From an uncultured Pelagibacteraceae bacterium (GTDB taxonomy: Bacteria > Pseudomonadota > Alphaproteobacteria > Pelagibacterales > Pelagibacteraceae), in assembly GCA_902554195.1 (NCBI GenBank), contig CACDNT010000001.1, positions 7,756-71,755 of the forward strand: DNA of 64,000 bases. The letters run 5' to 3'. The notes beneath the pieces were generated by a model that saw nothing but the letters and a program-made list of their open reading frames with translations, did not search any database and was not told where the DNA came from. Position numbers and translations under genes: made by a program. The number at the start of each line of letters is the position of its first letter. Positions within the stretch are counted from its first letter, which is position 1. This document shows positions 49,472 through 60,595 of the stretch, one piece after another.

Positions 49472-51236
49472 ATTTTTTAAAATAATTTTTTTTTCTAAAA
49501 GTTTTCTTACGTATTTTAATATTCTTTATTTTTTTTTCTTTTTCTTGAATTTGGAGATTATTAAGTTTTTCAAAATTTTCTAAAAGCTCGATAGTTTTTT
49601 TAGATTTGTTTTTAATATCAATGATATATTCTGGAATAATAAGAGAATTATCAGAGATTATATCTATTTTAATTTTATTTTTTTTCTCAAAATAGGTTAA
49701 GTTTTCAATAAAATTTTCTTTTAAAAAGTCAGATATTTTTTTACACACCTTAAGCTCAACGTATTTAGCTTTGTTTAAAACAGCTTTAAACTCAACTAAT
49801 TTTAAAATTTTTTGTGCAAAGGATTCGTCAGTCAGTCCAACCTTCCATCTAATTGCACTTTCTCTTAATCTTTGCCTTGACATTTCCAAAAGTCCAAAAT
49901 TACTAATCCTTCCAATTTGGATTCTTGCTCTATCTGATCTACATTTTTCTTTTAATCGTCTTTCCACTGTTTTTCTATTTCCATAACTCAGCATATCTAT
50001 GAAATCAATTATAATTAATCCAGATAAGTCCCTAATTTTAATCTGTCTTGCTATTTCCTCAGCAGCTTCTAAATTAGTATCTAAAGCGGTGCTTTCGACA
50101 TTTTTTTGTCTAATTGAGCTTCCTGAATTAATATCAATTGATACAAGCGCCTCAGTTGGGTTTATTACAAGATACCCACCAGAACTCAACTTAACCTCTG
50201 TATCAAAAATTTGATTTAACTTTTGTTCTATACCTTCCTCAATGAATAATGGAATTTTTCCTCTATATTTTTTAATTTTTTTCACATGCGAAGGCATCAA
50301 CATTTTCATGAAGTTTTGGGCTTTTTTATAGCCTTCATTTCCTTCAATAATGATACTTTTAGTGTTCTCATCATACATATCTCTTAAAGTTCTATTAATG
50401 ATTTCACTTTCTTGATGAATTAATGAAGGTGCTATAGCATTAATTGCATTATCTTTAATTTGGTTCCAAGATTTTATCAAAGTTTCTAAATCATGATTTA
50501 TTTCATTTTTTGTTTTGTTACTTCCGGCTGTCCGAACTATCAGTCCCATTTCTTTAGGTATTTCAATTTCATTTAAAATTGATCTTATTTTTTTTCTATC
50601 AGCTGGGTTAAATATTTTTCTTGATATTCCACCACCTTTTGGAGTGTTTGGCATTAAAACAATATATTTACCGGCAATTGAAATAAATGTACTTAATGCA
50701 GCACCTTTCTGACCTCTTTCGTCTTTAATTACTTGAACTAAAATTACCTGATTAGGTTTAATTACCTCTTGAATTTTATATCTTTTAAATTTATTCCGAC
50801 TTTGGAATTTACCTTCTTTTTCCTCCTCATTTTTTTCAACATCATGAGTTTCTTTTTTTTCTACGTTAATTGGATCGTCTATCTCTAAATCCCCTTTTGC
50901 TAAATTTTCTTCCTCTTTTTCCTCAACTTTTTTGGATAATTCCTCTCTTAATTTTTCTTCTTCTTTTTTGATTATTTCAAGGTCACTTTTGGGTATTTGA
51001 TAATAATCTGATTGAATATCATTGAATGATAAAAAACCATGTCGTTCTCGTCCAAAGTCTACAAAAGCAGCTTGCAATGAAGGCTCTATTCTGCTGACTT
51101 TGCCTAAATATATATTATTCTTAATTAAATTATTGTTTGAACCTTCGTATTCGTAATCTTCAATATTATTGTTTGATTTAAGAACAACTCTAGTTTCATT
51201 TGGATGCGATGCATCAATATATAAATTTTTTTCCAT
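49464..51236 (-). CDS. rne: Ribonuclease E/G
   Basis: [50 protein letters not shown] and GLLEMSRQR; short C-terminal tail. Confidence 0.94.
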   Translation of the reverse strand: MEKNLYIDASHPNETRVVLKSNNNIEDYEYEGSNNNLIKNNIYLGKVSRIEPSLQAAFVDFGRERHGFLSFNDIQSDYYQIPKSDLEIIKKEEEKLREELSKKVEEKEEENLAKGDLEIDDPINVEKKETHDVEKNEEEKEGKFQSRNKFKRYKIQEVIKPNQVILVQVIKDERGQKGAALSTFISIAGKYIVLMPNTPKGGGISRKIFNPADRKKIRSILNEIEIPKEMGLIVRTAGSNKTKNEINHDLETLIKSWNQIKDNAINAIAPSLIHQESEIINRTLRDMYDENTKSIIIEGNEGYKKAQNFMKMLMPSHVKKIKKYRGKIPLFIEEGIEQKLNQIFDTEVKLSSGGYLVINPTEALVSIDINSGSSIRQKNVESTALDTNLEAAEEIARQIKIRDLSGLIIIDFIDMLSYGNRKTVERRLKEKCRSDRARIQIGRISNFGLLEMSRQRLRESAIRWKVGLTDESFAQKILKLVEFKAVLNKAKYVELKVCKKISDFLKENFIENLTYFEKKNKIKIDIISDNSLIIPEYIIDIKNKSKKTIELLENFEKLNNLQIQEKEKKIKNIKIRKKTFRKKNYFKKSK

Positions 51237-51330
51237 AATTTTGTGACTGAAAGTTTCATTTAATTTTTTTTAAATTTTGTAAATAATAATGCCTTATCTT
51301 TAACAAATTCCAATATATAATGGAAACAAA

Positions 51331-53670
51331 ATGACTAAACTAATAAGAAATATTTTTATAATATCTTTAATTATCTCTTTAATTACTTTTATAGGGATTT
51401 TTGGGATTTTATGGTCATTTTCTAATAAAATCCCTGATTATAAATTCCTTAAAAGTTACAAACCTCCAGTTTCAAGTAAAATGTACTCTGGTAATGGGGA
51501 TTTAGTTGCTGATTTTTCAAGAGAAAAAAGAATATTTATACCTTATAGCGCAATCCCCAAAGAAGTGATCAATGCATTTTTATCAGCTGAGGATAAAAAT
51601 TTTTTTTCTCATCCTGGAGTAGATGCAAAAGGTGTTGTTAGAGCAATATTTAACAATATAACTAATATTATGACCTCAAAAAGACTTGAGGGAGCCTCTA
51701 CAATTACTCAGCAGGTCGCAAAAAATTTTCTATTAACTAATGAAGTTAGCATTAATCGAAAAATTAAAGAGGCAATTTTAGCATTTAGAATTGAAAGAGC
51801 TTTAAATAAAGAAAGAATATTAGAATTATATCTTAACCAAATATATTTAGGCAGTGGAGCTTATGGTGTTGCTGCTGCAAGTTTAGAATATTTTGATAAA
51901 TCAATTAAAGAACTAAATTATGCAGAAGCTGCATTGTTAGCAGCATTACCCAAAGCCCCAAGCAGATATAACCCTTATAACAATATTGATTTAGCAAAAT
52001 TTAGAAGAGATTTAGTGTTAAAAAATTTAAATCAAAATGGATTTTTAAATCTTGAGAAATTTAATGAATACAAAAATCAAAATATTAAATTAAAGAAAAA
52101 GAAAAAAGTTTATTTAGAAGATGCACAGTATTATGTGGAAGATGTTAGAAAAGATATAATAGATAAATTAACTTATGAAAAAGTTTACAAACAAGGTTAT
52201 AATATAAATACACCAATCAATTTAAACCTTCAAAAAATTGCTACTGAATCTTTGAGAAATGGATTAATTGCTTATGACCAAAGAAAAGGATGGCGTGGAC
52301 CACTTACAAATATAAAATATGATAATAGTTGGCATAAAAAAATTGATAAAAGATATAAATTAGAGAATTCTATTAATTGGGAAATAGCAATAGTTAGAGA
52401 AATTGGTCAGTTTCAAACCAAAATTGAAACTCAAGATAAATTAATTGGTCTAATAAAATACAATGAGATCTCATGGACTAAAAAAGAGTTTGAAGATTTA
52501 CTCAAAGTTGGAGATTTAATTTATGTTAAGAAAGTTAAAGATAACTTTTATAGCCTTAAACAACTACCAAAAATTAATGGCGGCATTGTTGTAATGGATC
52601 CTTACACGGGACGTGTTTTAGCTTTAAGTGGAGGATTCAGTTTTAAATCAAGTGAATTTAATAGAGCTACACAAGCGCTCAGACAGCCTGGTTCAGCATT
52701 TAAACCATTTGTGTATGCTTTAGCATTGGAAAACAAATTCACTCCATCATCTTTAGTGCTCGATGCACCTCTAGTCTTAGACCAAGGGATTGATTTAAAA
52801 AAATGGAAACCAGAAAATTATGGTAAAAAGTTTTATGGACCCTCTACACTTAGAGTTGGTCTTGAAAAATCAAGAAACTTAATGACTGTAAGAATTGCTC
52901 AAAACTTGGGTGTGGACAAAGTAGCGAGATTTTCTAAAGAATTAAAAATATATAATGATCCTGAAGAATTACTCTCAATTTCTTTAGGATCAGCTGAAAC
53001 AACTCTTTTAAACTTAACTTCTGCTTATTCATCATTTGTAAACGGTGGAAAATTAATTAGTCCTATTATAATAGACAGAATTCAAGATAGTGAAGGAAAT
53101 ACAATAATTAATAATGAAAATAGAAAGTGCATGAATTGTGATAAGATTTCATACACTGGTAAAAATTATCCACAAATAGAGGATAATTACAAGCAAGTAA
53201 TGTCTGAGCAAACAGCATATCAAGTAACAACGATTTTAGAGGGTGTCATAAAAAGAGGAACTGGTAAAAAATTAAGAGATTTACAATTAAACTTAGCTGG
53301 AAAAACTGGAACCACCAATGAAAATACAGATGCGTGGTTTATTGGCTTCACATCAAATTTAGTGATTGGAGTTTATGTTGGAATGGATAATCCTAAACCT
53401 TTAGGTAAATTTGAAACTGGATCAAAAGCTGCATTACCTATTTTTCGAGAATTCATTGAAAAGTCAGTTAAAAAATCTGATGCAAGGCCATTTAAGGTAC
53501 CAGAAAAAATGACACTTATGGTTGTCGATCCATTAACTGGAGAAAAAGCTAAATTCAATTCAAAAAATACAATTATTGAAGCTTACAAAAGTAAAAATGT
53601 TTTAAATGGAAAAGTATTGTATTCTGATAATAATAGAATCGATACAAATAATATATTAAAATTTTATTAA
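51331..53670 (+). CDS. mrcA: Penicillin-binding protein 1A
   Basis: EDKNFF.H.GVD and GASTITQQVAKN (transglycosylase); SAFK, SRN and KTGT (transpeptidase). Confidence 0.94.
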   Translation: MTKLIRNIFIISLIISLITFIGIFGILWSFSNKIPDYKFLKSYKPPVSSKMYSGNGDLVADFSREKRIFIPYSAIPKEVINAFLSAEDKNFFSHPGVDAKGVVRAIFNNITNIMTSKRLEGASTITQQVAKNFLLTNEVSINRKIKEAILAFRIERALNKERILELYLNQIYLGSGAYGVAAASLEYFDKSIKELNYAEAALLAALPKAPSRYNPYNNIDLAKFRRDLVLKNLNQNGFLNLEKFNEYKNQNIKLKKKKKVYLEDAQYYVEDVRKDIIDKLTYEKVYKQGYNINTPINLNLQKIATESLRNGLIAYDQRKGWRGPLTNIKYDNSWHKKIDKRYKLENSINWEIAIVREIGQFQTKIETQDKLIGLIKYNEISWTKKEFEDLLKVGDLIYVKKVKDNFYSLKQLPKINGGIVVMDPYTGRVLALSGGFSFKSSEFNRATQALRQPGSAFKPFVYALALENKFTPSSLVLDAPLVLDQGIDLKKWKPENYGKKFYGPSTLRVGLEKSRNLMTVRIAQNLGVDKVARFSKELKIYNDPEELLSISLGSAETTLLNLTSAYSSFVNGGKLISPIIIDRIQDSEGNTIINNENRKCMNCDKISYTGKNYPQIEDNYKQVMSEQTAYQVTTILEGVIKRGTGKKLRDLQLNLAGKTGTTNENTDAWFIGFTSNLVIGVYVGMDNPKPLGKFETGSKAALPIFREFIEKSVKKSDARPFKVPEKMTLMVVDPLTGEKAKFNSKNTIIEAYKSKNVLNGKVLYSDNNRIDTNNILKFY

Positions 53671-54765
53671 TGGACGATAAATATTTAGATCTTAAAAAGG
53701 AAATCGAAAAAATTAACCAAAGAGTTAAGGAGTATCTTTGAAAAGAATAAGATTTACTCAAAACTTGAACATATAGATAAAAAAATGCTTGGTGCCAATT
53801 TTTGGCAAGATAAAGCAGACTCACAAAAAACAATTAAGGAAAAAAAACTTTTTGAGGATTTGATTAATTCTTATGAAGACTCAATTAATCAACTTAAGGA
53901 TTTAGATGACCTTTACTCTTTAGCTACAGACGAGAATAATCTTAATGTAAAAAAAGAAGTTATGGAAAGTATTAAAGAATTGAGATCAAAAGTTAAGAAA
54001 AATGAAATAAGATGTTTTCTATCAGATGAGGCAGATTCATTTGATTGCTATGTAGAAATTCATGCCGGTGCTGGTGGCACAGAAAGTCAAGATTGGGCCA
54101 ATATGTTAAGAAGAATGTATATGAAATGGTCGGATGACAAAAATTATAAATGTAATTTAATAAGTGAACATAAAGGCGAGGAAGCAGGAATAAAATCCTC
54201 TACCATAAAAATTCAGGGGGATTATGTGTTTGGATGGCTTAAAAAGGAATCTGGAATTCACCGTCTTGTAAGAATATCTCCTTTTGACTCAGGAGCTAGA
54301 AGACACACTAGTTTTGCAAGTATTTGGGTTTATCCAGTTGTTGATGAAAATTTGAATATTGAAATATTAGACAAAGATTTGAGAATTGATACTTATCGCT
54401 CAAGTGGGGCTGGTGGTCAACATGTTAACACAACTGACAGCGCTGTTAGGATAACACATATACCATCAAAAATAGTCGTGCAATGTCAAAACGAAAGGTC
54501 TCAACATAAAAATAAAGAAACCTGCATGAATATGCTTAGAGCAAGACTTTATGACTTTGAAATGAAAAAAAAAGATGAAGCAAATCAAAATAATGAGGCT
54601 TCTAAATCTGATATAGGGTGGGGACATCAAATTAGATCATATGTGCTTCAACCTTACAGATTGGTAAAAGATAACAGGACAAACTTTGAAAGCACAAGCC
54701 CAGATAAAGTTTTAGATGGCGACATTGATGCTTTTTTAGAGAAATCTTTATATCAAATTAAATGA
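53670..54765 (+). CDS. prfB: Peptide chain release factor 2, expressed via programmed +1 frameshift
   Basis: ATG 53670 gives MDDKYLDLKKEIEKINQRVKEYL then TGA. The +1 frame continues EKNKIYSK...MLGANFW and contains GGTESQDWA, SPF (RF2 anticodon mimic) and GGQ. Confidence 0.96.
53727..53742 (+). promoter_or_regulatory. prfB ribosomal +1 frameshift site
   Basis: AAGGAG-TAT-CTT-TGA-A: internal SD-like sequence 3 nt upstream of the CUU-UGA slippery site. Confidence 0.93.
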
Positions 54766-56960
54766 AAAAAATAATTTTTAGATTTTTAATATTCACATTA
54801 TTGCTAATCTTTGGTTCTATTACTTACTTAAGCACCATTGGCATTAAAACAAATATTTTTAATGAACAAATATATAAAGAAGTAAAAAAAATTGATAATC
54901 AATTAGAGCTAGATTTAGATAAAATAAGTATCATCTTAGATCCTTTAAAATTTAAATTAATGTTAAAAACTGTTGGAGCAAATTTAAAGAATAGAAATAA
55001 GCTAATTAATCTAGAGAGTATCAAGTCTAATATTGATATTAAAACATTCATAAATAAAAAATTTTCGCTAACTGAATTAGATATAACCACAAGGACAATC
55101 GAAATTAAAAATTTAATTTCATTTATAAGATCCATTAAGGATAGCCCTCAAATTTACATATTAGAAAAGTTTGTGAAAAAAGGATATTTGATAGCAGACA
55201 TAAATCTTAAATTTGATCAAAATGGTAACATTAAAGATGATTTTATTATAAAAGGATTAGTAAAAGATGGTGAGGTTAAACCTTTAAAAAAAATAAATTT
55301 ATCAAAAATAAATCTTATTTTTAATCTTCAAAATAATAAATTTGAATTTAAAGATATAAATTTATCATATGATAATAATGATTTGACCTTTCCAGAATTA
55401 AATATCAAAAAACAAAAAAATAAATTTATAGTTTCAGGCAAAAATAATAGTAAAAATTTAGTTTTAGATAATAAAAAGATTAATCAATTATTAAATATCG
55501 ATTTTTATAATCTAAAAATCAAATCAGCCAAGTTTGATTTATCTAATACTTTTTCATTCAAAATTGATAATAAATACAAGATAGATGATTTTAAGATTGA
55601 CTCCTTAGTGAATTTAAAAAATTCCAAAGTTGTAAGTTCAAAAAATTTGAAAGAGTTTTTTCCAGAATTAAAAGACATAATTGAGTTGTCAGATCACAAA
55701 ATACAAATTGAATATAAAGAAAATTTCCTAAGTATTATCGGTAATGGAAATATTTTAATCCAAAAAGAAAAAGATAATATTAAGTATAATTTTTCTAAAT
55801 CAAAAAAAAACTTAAAATTTGATACTTCATTAGAAATTAAAAAAAACCCATTTCAACTGAATTTTTTGAATTATGAAAAAAATCAAGATAATAAATTAAA
55901 AATAATAATTCTTGGAGTTAAAAATCTTTTATCGAATGAGATTAATTTTAATAATATCTCAATAAAAGAAAAAAATAATAAATTTGAAATTCAAAACTTA
56001 TCATTATCGAAAAAATATAAAATTAAATCTATTAGCGATGTAGATTTAAGTTATTTTGATAATGACTTATTAAAAAATGATTTATCAATCAAAAAAAGAG
56101 ATAAAGATTATTTATTAAAATCTAATAGTTTTAATGCCACAAAAATTATAGATGATTTATTGAAAGATGATAAAAATCCAAAGAACAAAAAAATTTTTTC
56201 TAAAAATTTTAAACTAAATATAAAGATAGAAGAGGCATTTCTTGACAAAGATCATCCAATAGAAGATTTAGGTGGATATTTAACATTCAATAATAGTGAA
56301 GTGACTGATGCTAATTTAGCTGGAGATTTTTCCGATAATCAGAGGATTAATTTAACTATTAGATCTACTTCAAATGAGAAAATTACAACTATTTATTCTG
56401 ATTTAGCTAAGCCTTTTGTTAATAGGTACAAATTTATAAAAGGTTTTGAGGAAGGCAATTTAGATTTTTATTCCATTAAACAAAACAATGTTTCTAATTC
56501 AAAATTAATAATTGATAATTTTAAAGTACAAGAAGTACCAGCTTTAGCAAAATTATTAACATTAGCATCTCTCCAAGGTATCGCTGACTTATTAACTGGC
56601 GAGGGAATAAGATTTACAGATTTTGAAATGAAATTTTCCAATAAGAATGATCTTATGAGAATAGAAGAGTTATATGCTATCGGTCCCGCTATCTCTTTAT
56701 TGATGGAAGGATATATTGAAAATGATGATTTGGTTAGTCTTAGAGGAACTATGGTTCCAGCAACAACAATTAATAGAACTATATCCTCCATTCCTCTTCT
56801 TGGAGATATTTTAGTGGGAAAAAAAGTTGGAGAGGGTGTTTTTGGTGTGAGTTTTAAGATAAAGGGTCCCCCAAATAAATTAAAAACAACTGTAAACCCT
56901 GTGAAAACTCTTACACCAAGATTCATCACAAGAACTCTTGAAAAAATAAAAAAAAATTAG
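54762..56960 (+). CDS. AsmA-like/YhdP-type bridge lipid-transfer protein
   Basis: N-terminal TM anchor, long beta-rich body and AsmA-like C-terminus (LLTLASLQGI.D.L.GEGI.F, GP...L..EG, IP.LG.IL.G, NP...LTP). Confidence 0.78.
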   Translation: MKKIIFRFLIFTLLLIFGSITYLSTIGIKTNIFNEQIYKEVKKIDNQLELDLDKISIILDPLKFKLMLKTVGANLKNRNKLINLESIKSNIDIKTFINKKFSLTELDITTRTIEIKNLISFIRSIKDSPQIYILEKFVKKGYLIADINLKFDQNGNIKDDFIIKGLVKDGEVKPLKKINLSKINLIFNLQNNKFEFKDINLSYDNNDLTFPELNIKKQKNKFIVSGKNNSKNLVLDNKKINQLLNIDFYNLKIKSAKFDLSNTFSFKIDNKYKIDDFKIDSLVNLKNSKVVSSKNLKEFFPELKDIIELSDHKIQIEYKENFLSIIGNGNILIQKEKDNIKYNFSKSKKNLKFDTSLEIKKNPFQLNFLNYEKNQDNKLKIIILGVKNLLSNEINFNNISIKEKNNKFEIQNLSLSKKYKIKSISDVDLSYFDNDLLKNDLSIKKRDKDYLLKSNSFNATKIIDDLLKDDKNPKNKKIFSKNFKLNIKIEEAFLDKDHPIEDLGGYLTFNNSEVTDANLAGDFSDNQRINLTIRSTSNEKITTIYSDLAKPFVNRYKFIKGFEEGNLDFYSIKQNNVSNSKLIIDNFKVQEVPALAKLLTLASLQGIADLLTGEGIRFTDFEMKFSNKNDLMRIEELYAIGPAISLLMEGYIENDDLVSLRGTMVPATTINRTISSIPLLGDILVGKKVGEGVFGVSFKIKGPPNKLKTTVNPVKTLTPRFITRTLEKIKKN

Positions 56961-58186
56961 TTTATTTCAACTTTGATATGTCTTTTCTTACCCAAGGAGA
57001 GTTTAATTGTATTATCTTCAAATAATTTTTCACTGATTATTAGTTTCTCATCATTAATAATTTGATTGTTAATTCTAACACCACTACCTTTAATCAATCT
57101 TCTTATCTCACTTTTAGATTTTTCTAACTTAGAAAGAATTATTAAATCAACAATACTTAACTTATCATTCAATTGATTTTTTTTAATTGAAACAGAAGGT
57201 AATGCAGAACCCATTGAATTTTCTGAAAAAGTTTTTTTTGCTGTTTCTTCACTTTTTTTCGCTTCTTCTTCCCCATGAAGCATAGAAGTGGTTTGATTTG
57301 CTAAAACAATTTTTTGTTCATTAATATTTTTTTGTTGAATTTTCTCTATTTCATCAATACTTAAATCTGTGAAAAATTTCATGAATTTCGACACATCTCT
57401 ATCATCTATATTTCTCCAAAATTGCCAATAATCGTATGGTGATAAAAATTTTTCATCCAACCATATTGCTCCATTTTCAGTTTTTCCCATTTTAGCACCT
57501 GTCGCTAACGTGATTAAAGGAGTAGTTAAACCATATGTTTGTTGATTAGAATGTCTTTTAATCAAATCTACGCCATTAATAATATTACCCCATTGATCAG
57601 ATCCACCGATTTGCAATAAACAATTTTCTTTTTTATTAAGTTCTAAAAAATCGTAAGCTTGTAAAATCATATAATTAAATTCCATGTAACTTAGAGATTG
57701 TTCTCTATCCAACCTTGTTTTTACACTTTCAAATGTTAGCATTTTATTTATTGTAAAATGTTTTCCAATATCTCTCAAAAAAGAGATGTAATTTAAACCT
57801 TTGAGCCACTCATAGTTATTAACAAATATTGGTTTTACATTTTTATCACTTGTATCTAAAAATTTTTTTAAAATTCTTTCAATATTTTTAGAATTTTTTT
57901 CAATTTCATTTTCACTTAAAATTTTTCGTGTTTTATCTTTACCAGACGGGTCTCCAATTCTTGTGGTTCCTCCACCTAACAATACAATTGGTTGATGTCC
58001 ATGTTTTTGTAGCATTCGTAAACACATAATTTGTAGGAGACTGCCAACATGTAAACTTTCAGCTGTACAATCAAAACCAATGTAGGCTTTAATCTTTTTT
58101 TTATCCAATAATGAGGATAACTCATTTTCATCAGTACATTGATAAAAGTAGCCTCTGTCTTTAAATTCTTTTAAAAATTTATTCAT
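56957..58186 (-). CDS. tyrS: Tyrosine-tRNA ligase
   Basis: YIGFDCTA.SLHVGSL, GDPSGK, YMILQAYDF, QIGGSDQWGNI, KMGKT and a C-terminal S4-like domain. Confidence 0.97.
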   Translation of the reverse strand: MNKFLKEFKDRGYFYQCTDENELSSLLDKKKIKAYIGFDCTAESLHVGSLLQIMCLRMLQKHGHQPIVLLGGGTTRIGDPSGKDKTRKILSENEIEKNSKNIERILKKFLDTSDKNVKPIFVNNYEWLKGLNYISFLRDIGKHFTINKMLTFESVKTRLDREQSLSYMEFNYMILQAYDFLELNKKENCLLQIGGSDQWGNIINGVDLIKRHSNQQTYGLTTPLITLATGAKMGKTENGAIWLDEKFLSPYDYWQFWRNIDDRDVSKFMKFFTDLSIDEIEKIQQKNINEQKIVLANQTTSMLHGEEEAKKSEETAKKTFSENSMGSALPSVSIKKNQLNDKLSIVDLIILSKLEKSKSEIRRLIKGSGVRINNQIINDEKLIISEKLFEDNTIKLSLGKKRHIKVEIN

Positions 58187-58233
58187 AAGCGTATAATTCT
58201 ACAATATACAAATTTTGTTAAAAAAAAATAATA

Positions 58234-59379
58234 ATGAAACAAAAGATATTTACCTCAATAGGTTTGATGAGCGGTACATCAATGGATGGAGTGGATTTGT
58301 CTGTAATAAAATCTGATGGTTATGATCAATTTTCCAGTATTTATGATACTTATAAAGAATTTGATGATGGACTTTACAAGCAATTAATTAGTTTAAGAGA
58401 TAAAATTAGTAATTTTACAGACTTAAAAACTCATTCTAAAGAGATCAATGATGTAGAAAAAAAATTTACATTATTCAACGGTCACTTAATAAATGAAGTG
58501 ATTGGACACATTAATGAAGATATTAATTTAATAGGTTTTCATGGCCAAACAGTCTTCCATGATCCAAAAATTCAAATTTCTAAGCAAATAGGAGACGGAA
58601 AATTATTATCAAGTTTATTTAAAAAAATTGTAATCAATAATTTTAGACAAAATGATTTAAATCATGGAGGTCAAGGTGCTCCGCTTACACCAATATTTCA
58701 TTGTTTGATTTCAAAAATTATTCAAAAAAATTTTAAACTTAAATTACCAATAAACATAATTAATATCGGAGGAATTACAAATATCACTCAAATCAAAGAA
58801 GATATCAATAATTCAATAAAATTTTTTGCTTATGATGTGGGCCCAGGAAACTGTTTGATAGATGATTGGGTAAGAAATAATAAAGGTTTAAAATTTGATA
58901 AAGATGGAAATTATGCAAATATTGGAAAAGTTGATGATTTAATTTTAAATCAAGCAATAGATAATTTTGAGTTTAAATCTTACGAGACATCATTGGATGT
59001 AAAAGATTTTGACATATCATTTGTAAAAGGTTTGTCATTTGAGGATGGGTGTGCGACTTTAACAAAATTTACTGCTTATCTAATTGCTGATGGTTTGAGG
59101 AAAATTAATAAACTAAATGATACAATTCCATATCAATATATATTTTGTGGAGGTGGAAGAAAAAATAAATCTTTGATGCAATCGATTGAAAATTATTTAT
59201 CAAACAAAAATATAATTATAAAAGATATAGATAATTATAATTTTGATGGGAATTTTATCGAGTCCCAAGCTTTTGCGTATCTAGCTATAAGATCATATTT
59301 GAAATTACCCATTTCATTTCCAAGTACTACAAGATGTAAAAAAGCTGTATCGGGTGGAGAAGTTTTTCGAAACTTTTAA
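58234..59379 (+). CDS. anmK: Anhydro-N-acetylmuramic acid kinase
   Basis: GLMSGTSMDGVD, GFHGQT, GGQGAPL, NIGGI.N, D.GPGN.LID, CGGG..N and E.QAFAYLA. Confidence 0.95.
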   Translation: MKQKIFTSIGLMSGTSMDGVDLSVIKSDGYDQFSSIYDTYKEFDDGLYKQLISLRDKISNFTDLKTHSKEINDVEKKFTLFNGHLINEVIGHINEDINLIGFHGQTVFHDPKIQISKQIGDGKLLSSLFKKIVINNFRQNDLNHGGQGAPLTPIFHCLISKIIQKNFKLKLPINIINIGGITNITQIKEDINNSIKFFAYDVGPGNCLIDDWVRNNKGLKFDKDGNYANIGKVDDLILNQAIDNFEFKSYETSLDVKDFDISFVKGLSFEDGCATLTKFTAYLIADGLRKINKLNDTIPYQYIFCGGGRKNKSLMQSIENYLSNKNIIIKDIDNYNFDGNFIESQAFAYLAIRSYLKLPISFPSTTRCKKAVSGGEVFRNF

Positions 59380-60032
59380 TAAAGAGCTGTTTCTTTTTTT
59401 ATATATTTAGAAATACATTTTGTTAATTCAGACTCACTTTTTGAAAAAAAATGATTAGCATTTGGGATAGTTTCAAATTCAACTTTAATACCTTTTTGGG
59501 CGCTAAGTTTGTTATCTAAATCTTTGATGAATTCAAAAGGAACTAATTCATCCTTTCTTCCATGCACCATTAAACCTGATGAAGGACATGGTGATAAAAA
59601 AGAAAAATCGTAAACATTTGGCTGAGGTGAAATTGCAATGAATCTATTTATCTCAGGTCTTCTCATTAATAATTGCATTGCAATTAATGAACCAAAAGAG
59701 AACCCTGATACCCAACATTGTGAATTATCAAAATTTTCTCTTTCTAACCAATCTAGTGCAGCTGCAGCATCTGCCAGTTCTCCTTGACCATTATCAAATT
59801 CTCCATCACTTTTACCAACACCTCTAAAATTTACTCGACATACGGAAAAATCATTTTCCATAAAAGTATGAAAAGTTTCTACAACAACTTTATTATTCAT
59901 TGTTCCTCCATATTGTGGATGAGGTTGTAGTACTAAAGCAATTGGTGAAGTACTTTTTTTACTTTTAAAATATTTTGCCTCGAGTCTCCCGGCAGGACCA
60001 GGTATAAATATTTCTAAAATTTTATTATCCAT
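59376..60032 (-). CDS. Alpha/beta hydrolase (conserved next to the iscR-suf locus)
   Basis: GPAGRLE, PHPQYGGTMNN.VV, NFRGVG.S.G.FD.G.GE, GFSFG nucleophile elbow, D.LVP and ANHFF. Confidence 0.9.
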   Translation of the reverse strand: MDNKILEIFIPGPAGRLEAKYFKSKKSTSPIALVLQPHPQYGGTMNNKVVVETFHTFMENDFSVCRVNFRGVGKSDGEFDNGQGELADAAAALDWLERENFDNSQCWVSGFSFGSLIAMQLLMRRPEINRFIAISPQPNVYDFSFLSPCPSSGLMVHGRKDELVPFEFIKDLDNKLSAQKGIKVEFETIPNANHFFSKSESELTKCISKYIKKETALY

Positions 60033-60114
60033 AATTGATATTGATAATTATTCTCAAAAAAAAATTACGTTTAGCACATGTACGTGACAAAATGTTAGTG
60101 TTTTTTTCTGTTAG

Positions 60115-60139
60115 ATACTTGACTATTTTAGTCAGGTTT
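60115..60139 (+). promoter_or_regulatory. IscR type-1 binding site overlapping the -35 of the iscR promoter
   Basis: ATACTTGACTATTTTAGTCAGGTTT matches the IscR type-1 consensus ATASYYGACTRWWWYAGTCRRSTAT at 24 of 25 positions and contains TTGACT. Confidence 0.88.
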
Positions 60140-60167
60140 ATATATACCCCAGTAAAATATAGGTTTT

Positions 60168-60593
60168 ATGAAATTAACTTCTAAAGGCAGATATGCGGTA
60201 ATGGCTTTAGTGGATCTGGCAAGATTTAACAATATTAACCCAGTATCTCTAAGAGACATCTCGCTTAGACAAGGTATTTCGCTTGATTATTTAGAGCAAA
60301 TTTTTTCTAAACTTAGAAAAAAAGAGATTGTTCAAAGTGTTAGAGGAAATCAAGGTGGCTACGTTTTAAATAAAAAAGCTAAAGAGATCAAACTTACAAA
60401 TATTTTTGATGCTGTTGATGAAAAAGTTAAAACTGTTCAATGTAAAAAAGAGTCTAAAAAGGGCTGTAATGGTAAATCTACAAAATGTTTAACCCATAAT
60501 TTATGGGATGAACTTGAAAATCATATTAATGATTTTTTTGAAAAAAAGAGTTTAGAAGATCTTATTCAAGATAACATCGAGAGAAGAATTTAA
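60168..60593 (+). CDS. iscR: Rrf2 family Fe-S cluster regulator IscR
   Basis: [26 protein letters not shown], three Cys plus His (C..C..CLTH.LW). Confidence 0.92.
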   Translation: MKLTSKGRYAVMALVDLARFNNINPVSLRDISLRQGISLDYLEQIFSKLRKKEIVQSVRGNQGGYVLNKKAKEIKLTNIFDAVDEKVKTVQCKKESKKGCNGKSTKCLTHNLWDELENHINDFFEKKSLEDLIQDNIERRI

Positions 60594-60595
60594 AA

